Source: Myxococcales bacterium (GTDB taxonomy: Bacteria; Myxococcota_A; Polyangia; Polyangiales; DASUME01). Taken from it: a stretch of 64,000 bases of DNA. The first letter of the stretch is position 1; each line of letters begins with the position of its first letter. The DNA lies in NCBI GenBank assembly GCA_047601445.1, contig JASGJH010000001.1, positions 5,248,001 to 5,312,000 of the forward strand, read 5' to 3'. The position numbers and the translations under genes are program-made. Shown here piece by piece: positions 59,953-64,000 of this stretch. Below the pieces are notes generated by a model. That model did not search any database and had not been told where the DNA came from. It saw only the letters and a program-made list of their open reading frames with translations.

Positions 59953-61059
59953 ATGCTCGAGAAGAACCTCCTCACGCTCGGACTCGGCACGCTGCTGCTC
60001 GCAGCAGCCTGTGGGTCGGATCACGACCCAGGCGACGCGGATGCTGCAGGCGCTGCGCTCGATGGTAGCGCGCACTTGATGGATGCGATGTCGCCCACCC
60101 ACGAAGGTGGTGACGACGCAGGGTCAACTGGAGCGGAGCACGACGCGAGCAGCCGGGACGCCGCGGCCCAAGATGCCTCGCAGGAAGCTCAGGGCCCCAA
60201 GGTCGATCGCACGAATCCTGCTCTGCACGAGTTCTCGCTGGATCCCAAGGCGGTGGACCCGAGCGTGGCCGACTCCCTGTCCACGCAATACGCCCAGCTC
60301 GACACGCGCAGCGCACCGCTGGGTCTTTTGGTGGTGTTCTTGCCCGGTGCCAACAACGTGCCCCGCGATTGGCGCGACCATGGACGCCAGCTCGCCGCGT
60401 ACGGCTTCCACGTCCTCATCCCCCACTACAACAATCGCTGGTCAACCGGCGACACCTGCACAGGTGGCACGAAGACCTGCTCGGACGACACGCGTTGGGA
60501 GGCACTCACGGGCGAGGACACTTCGACGGCCATCGTGATCCCGCGAGCCGACAGCGTGGAGGGACGCGTGATCGCCATGCTCGAGCACTTGAGCACCAGC
60601 GATCCGGGCGGCGACTGGGGCTACTACCTCTCGAAGGACAAGGGCCTGCTCTACGACCGCACGATCATCGCGGGCATCTCCCACGGCGCGGCCAGCGCAG
60701 GCATGTACGCCACCAAGCGCGCCTTCGTGCGCAACGTGATGCACTCGAGCGGCGCCGCGGGCCCCTCGAGCGCTACCAAGCAAACACCCGTCTCGGCCTG
60801 GTATGGCTTCGCGCACACGGAAGATCCCGCCTACGACGCCATCGTGGGCTCGTGGGACAAGTCGGGCCTGCCCGGAACGCCCACCAGCATCGACGGCGCC
60901 TCGGCCCCCTTCGGGGGCTCCCATCGGCTGATCACGTCGGCGGACTCGACGTACCCGCATGGCTCCACGTGCGTACACAGCAGCTCGCCGAAGGATACGC
61001 AGGGTCACTATCTGTTCGACGCGGCCTGGCGCTATCTCTACGGCGTGCCCGGCAAATAG
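59953..61059 (+). CDS. Lipoprotein with alpha/beta-hydrolase-like domain
   Basis: Lipobox AAAC; DAA/DAG linker; VVFLPG; nucleophile-like GISHG; HTED and PH residues. Confidence 0.7.
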   Translation: MLEKNLLTLGLGTLLLAAACGSDHDPGDADAAGAALDGSAHLMDAMSPTHEGGDDAGSTGAEHDASSRDAAAQDASQEAQGPKVDRTNPALHEFSLDPKAVDPSVADSLSTQYAQLDTRSAPLGLLVVFLPGANNVPRDWRDHGRQLAAYGFHVLIPHYNNRWSTGDTCTGGTKTCSDDTRWEALTGEDTSTAIVIPRADSVEGRVIAMLEHLSTSDPGGDWGYYLSKDKGLLYDRTIIAGISHGAASAGMYATKRAFVRNVMHSSGAAGPSSATKQTPVSAWYGFAHTEDPAYDAIVGSWDKSGLPGTPTSIDGASAPFGGSHRLITSADSTYPHGSTCVHSSSPKDTQGHYLFDAAWRYLYGVPGK

Positions 61060-61072
61060 GTCGGGACGTACC

Positions 61073-61103
61073 TTGACTCTCCCGTTACTGGAGACTCCAG
61101 AGT
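61073..61103 (+). promoter_or_regulatory. MerR-type promoter/operator
   Basis: TTGACT-19 nt-CAGAGT with dyad ACTCTCC-N7-GGAGACT in the spacer; ends 6 nt before ATG. Confidence 0.7.
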
Positions 61104-61109
61104 GCAGGC

Positions 61110-62039
61110 ATGGCCAAGCCACGGCTAACCATCGGTGAGCTCTCGCGTCAGACTGGGCTGCCCGTCAAGACGCTGCGCTTCTACTCCGATGAGGGGCTCC
61201 TGCCGCCGCTCGCGCGCACCGACAAGGGTTACCGCCTGTATGGCGAGGAAGCCCTCGTGCGTATCGATTTGGTGCGTTCGCTGCGCGAAGCAGGGGTCCC
61301 TCTCGAGACCATCAAGCGAGTGTTGAGTCGCGAGCTCTCGCTGGTAGAAGCGCTCCAGCTGCGACTCAATACGGTGGAGGAACACGTGGCCGGCCTGCAA
61401 CGCATCGCCGCCGCACTCAGAGCAGCCCTGCGCTCCGAGCCCGGCGAAGCAGACATCAGGAGGTTGTGTGCCGTGACCCGATTGACCCATGAAGAACGAC
61501 GTGCCGCCATCGAGACCTTCCACGAACGTGTGTCCGAGGGCATTCCAATCGAGGCTGCCTGGCGCAAGCGCATGGTCGACGCCAGCACGCCCCAGCTGCC
61601 CGACAATCCGAGCCCGGAGCAGCTCGATGCATGGATCGAGCTCAGCGAGCTGATCGCCGATACGAGCTTCATCGAGAGCCTGCGCAAGAGTGCCAAGGAG
61701 GTGTGGGGAAAGTTCGATATGAACCTGATGCGCGAGGCCGGCGACCGCATGACGGCTGCGGCCAAGCGGGCGATCGCCCAGGGCCTCGCGCCGGAATCGG
61801 AGCAAGCGAAAACCCTAGTGGAGGAGTACGGGACGGCCCTCGCGGCCGCGCGCGGAGGCAGCTTCGACGCTGCCTCCAGGAGCGGCATGCGCGAGCGTTT
61901 CGAGAACCACGACCCGCGCAACGCGCGCTACTGGGAACTGGTCGCCGTCTTGCGTGGCACGCCTTCCGTGGACAGCACCATCGCGGAGTGGCGCTGGATC
62001 CGCCAGGCAGTGCTCTATCACCTGAGCGGAGGGCCCTGA
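61110..62039 (+). CDS. MerR family regulator with TipAS-like C-terminal domain
   Basis: TIGELSRQTGLPVKTLRFYSDEGLLPP..GYRLY; helical C-terminal domain. Confidence 0.9.
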   Translation: MAKPRLTIGELSRQTGLPVKTLRFYSDEGLLPPLARTDKGYRLYGEEALVRIDLVRSLREAGVPLETIKRVLSRELSLVEALQLRLNTVEEHVAGLQRIAAALRAALRSEPGEADIRRLCAVTRLTHEERRAAIETFHERVSEGIPIEAAWRKRMVDASTPQLPDNPSPEQLDAWIELSELIADTSFIESLRKSAKEVWGKFDMNLMREAGDRMTAAAKRAIAQGLAPESEQAKTLVEEYGTALAAARGGSFDAASRSGMRERFENHDPRNARYWELVAVLRGTPSVDSTIAEWRWIRQAVLYHLSGGP

Positions 62040-62044
62040 GGCCC

Positions 62045-63016
62045 TCAGAAGAACGCCGTGACGCGCTCGACGAACCAGTACATGCCGACACTGCCCATGG
62101 CGTACTGAGCGGTGGTCGCGAGCACGTCACGCGCACGCTGTGGCGCCCAGCGCGTGACGGCCCAGCGCAGGGCCCACGCCAGGGCCACGAAGCTGAGCTG
62201 CCCAAGCTCCACGCCGACATTGAAGAAGAGGAGCGCGCTCGGCAGCTCTGCCTGCGCGATCTGGATCTCACTCAGGGCGCTCGCGAAGCCGAAGCCATGC
62301 AGCAGACCGAAGCCGAACGCCACCAACCACGGCGCCCGCACGGTGAGCGTGGGCTCGGCGCCGCGCGCCTGCCGCGTGACCTCCACCGCCAAGAGCACGA
62401 TGCTGAGAGCAATCACCGCCTCCACCGGTGGCACGGGCAAGGTGCGATAGCCGAGCGTGGCCACGCTGAGTGTGATGCTGTGGGCCAGCGTGAACGAGGT
62501 GATGGTCCACAGAAGCGCGCGCGGAGTGCGCACCAGCCACAACAAGCCCAGCACGAACAACAGGTGATCCCAGCCGAACCAGATATGCTCGACGCCGATC
62601 AGCGTGAACGCTCGGGCGAGCATGCCAAAGCTGCGCTCTCGCCTGCTCGCGGCGATCAACACGTGCGACTCGCGGGCGCCGAACACGTACGACTCTGCTG
62701 GTGCGTCGACCCAGCTGAGCTCCATCATGGCCGATGTAGCGATGTTGCCGAGCCCGCCGAAGCCGAGTCGTCCGTGCAACCCTTGGCTACCGCAGGACAG
62801 GCGCGGCGCATCGAACACGCAGTGCTCGGGGAACTCGGGTCGCAGCACCAGGTAGGCTGCGTTCGGGTCCTTCAATCCTTCGAGGCGCTTCCAGTGCGTG
62901 ACGAATTGCCCGTCCCCCACTTGCGTGACGCTCAGCACGGACATCGTGAAGTTGTGGGCCCGAGCGAGGCCGGGCCAGCTCAGCGCGATGCACAGGATCC
63001 AAAGCCAACGGCTCAT
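62045..63016 (-). CDS. HupE/UreJ family membrane protein
   Basis: Signal ending A-H; GVEHIWFGWDHLLF, FTLAHSITL, FGLLHGFGFA, FNVGVELGQ motifs. Confidence 0.9.
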   Translation of the reverse strand: MSRWLWILCIALSWPGLARAHNFTMSVLSVTQVGDGQFVTHWKRLEGLKDPNAAYLVLRPEFPEHCVFDAPRLSCGSQGLHGRLGFGGLGNIATSAMMELSWVDAPAESYVFGARESHVLIAASRRERSFGMLARAFTLIGVEHIWFGWDHLLFVLGLLWLVRTPRALLWTITSFTLAHSITLSVATLGYRTLPVPPVEAVIALSIVLLAVEVTRQARGAEPTLTVRAPWLVAFGFGLLHGFGFASALSEIQIAQAELPSALLFFNVGVELGQLSFVALAWALRWAVTRWAPQRARDVLATTAQYAMGSVGMYWFVERVTAFF

Positions 63017-63822
63017 GGTCGTGCCGCCTGCACGCGTTGCACCTCGAACTCGCCCTCGAGCCGCGCCAGCTCCTGGCGGAAATGATCCCGGGTCCTCTCG
63101 ACGCGGAAGTCGGCGGCGAGCCGATCGTGCAGCACGCTGAACTCGGGTGCTGTCGCAGCCTGGCGTTCCTCCACCCGGACCACGTGCAGTCCGCGCGGAG
63201 AGCGCAGGATGATCCACTCGTGGAGCGGGAGACCCTCGACCTTGTCCGCGTTGTCGGCGCCCAGCACGACTTCCACTTGAGGCCGCGTGACCTTCTCGAA
63301 GCGCGTGGGGATCACGCGCACGTCGCGGCTCGCACGTAGTTCGGCGACGAGCGCGCGCGCTTCGTCCTCGGCCGTGGGGCCCGTGCGCACCAGGTACTCC
63401 ACGAAGGTGGCCGCGGCGGGCTGGATGTAGTCGGCGCGGTGCGCTTCGAAGAACGTCTTGAGCTCTTCGTCGCTGGGCAAACGCGCTCCCGCCGAGGCCT
63501 GGACCAGCGTGCGCATGCGCGCCACGAGCTGATCCCGAACGGTCTCGTCCGTGCGCACCAGGTCGGTCCGCAGAGCTTCACGGAACAACAGCTCGTCGTC
63601 GACCCAGGCGTCCACCAGAGCCTGCCCCTCGGCCGCCGAGGGGGACCGACCTTGACGCTGTTCGAAGAGTGCGTTTAGTTCGCGCCGCTGCTGGTCGCCT
63701 ACGACGATGCTGGTGTCCGCCGGTTCCTCTGTCGGTGCGCTCGGAGAAACTGCGCGATGCAGCAGAAAAACGGCCATTCCGAGGCCACAGAAGTGAACGA
63801 GTGGTTCGCGCAAGATCTGCAT
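63013..63822 (-). CDS. PpiC-type peptidyl-prolyl isomerase-like protein
   Basis: LREPLVHF N-terminal anchor, DELLFREA, W...RSPRGLHVV; 4-nt overlap with the HupE/UreJ gene. Confidence 0.8.
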   Translation of the reverse strand: MQILREPLVHFCGLGMAVFLLHRAVSPSAPTEEPADTSIVVGDQQRRELNALFEQRQGRSPSAAEGQALVDAWVDDELLFREALRTDLVRTDETVRDQLVARMRTLVQASAGARLPSDEELKTFFEAHRADYIQPAAATFVEYLVRTGPTAEDEARALVAELRASRDVRVIPTRFEKVTRPQVEVVLGADNADKVEGLPLHEWIILRSPRGLHVVRVEERQAATAPEFSVLHDRLAADFRVERTRDHFRQELARLEGEFEVQRVQAARP

Positions 63823-64000
63823 GGGCGGATTCTCTAGGGCTGCGCGATGACGTTTGCGTGCAGACCGCGCAACGTTCTGCTTTCACGCGGCGGCGACCGA
63901 CAAGCCCAATTGCGTGTCCGAACTGCGCACGCACGCCACCTCAAGCACGATGAAAAATAACTACGTCCGAACCTGAATGTCATTCATCCCCGGTAACAAG

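Overview
High-GC bacterial DNA, most consistent with a myxobacterium (Myxococcota, Polyangiales-like). The basis is a Ser/Thr kinase next to a TPR/PEGA-like gene, many Asp/Gly-linker lipoproteins, and an EPS locus resembling those of myxobacteria; this assignment is an inference. Left arm (1-12 kb): end of cstA, a hybrid histidine kinase with a receiver protein, alpha2-type GlyRS, CysRS, an EamA transporter, an ArsR-RibD_C-SRPBCC operon, a collagen-like lipoprotein and tag. Centre (about 12.5-49.4 kb): a large Wzx/Wzy-type surface-glycan locus with Wzy, Wzx, a co-polymerase, a stand-alone degenerate BY-kinase-like protein, 3 GT4, 2 GT2 (one fused to GtrA), 2 GT-C enzymes, a UbiA-family polyprenyl-phosphate phosphoribosyltransferase-like gene, 5 O-acyltransferases, GH44, and three redox enzymes (GMC, AKR, PhyH-type dioxygenase). 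A block of three lipoproteins, including a di-heme peroxidase coupled to a large unknown lipoprotein, interrupts the locus. Right arm: kinase module, frameshifted TraB/GumN gene, orphan groES, TolC-multicopper oxidase pair, MerR regulator, and a PPIase-HupE/UreJ pair. A dispersed REP-like hairpin repeat of about 90-100 bp occurs at four loci. Both frameshifts in the window are the same +A in a CAGATC context. No rRNA, tRNA, CRISPR array, transposase or prophage gene was recognised. All product calls come from motif recognition by eye, not database searches.
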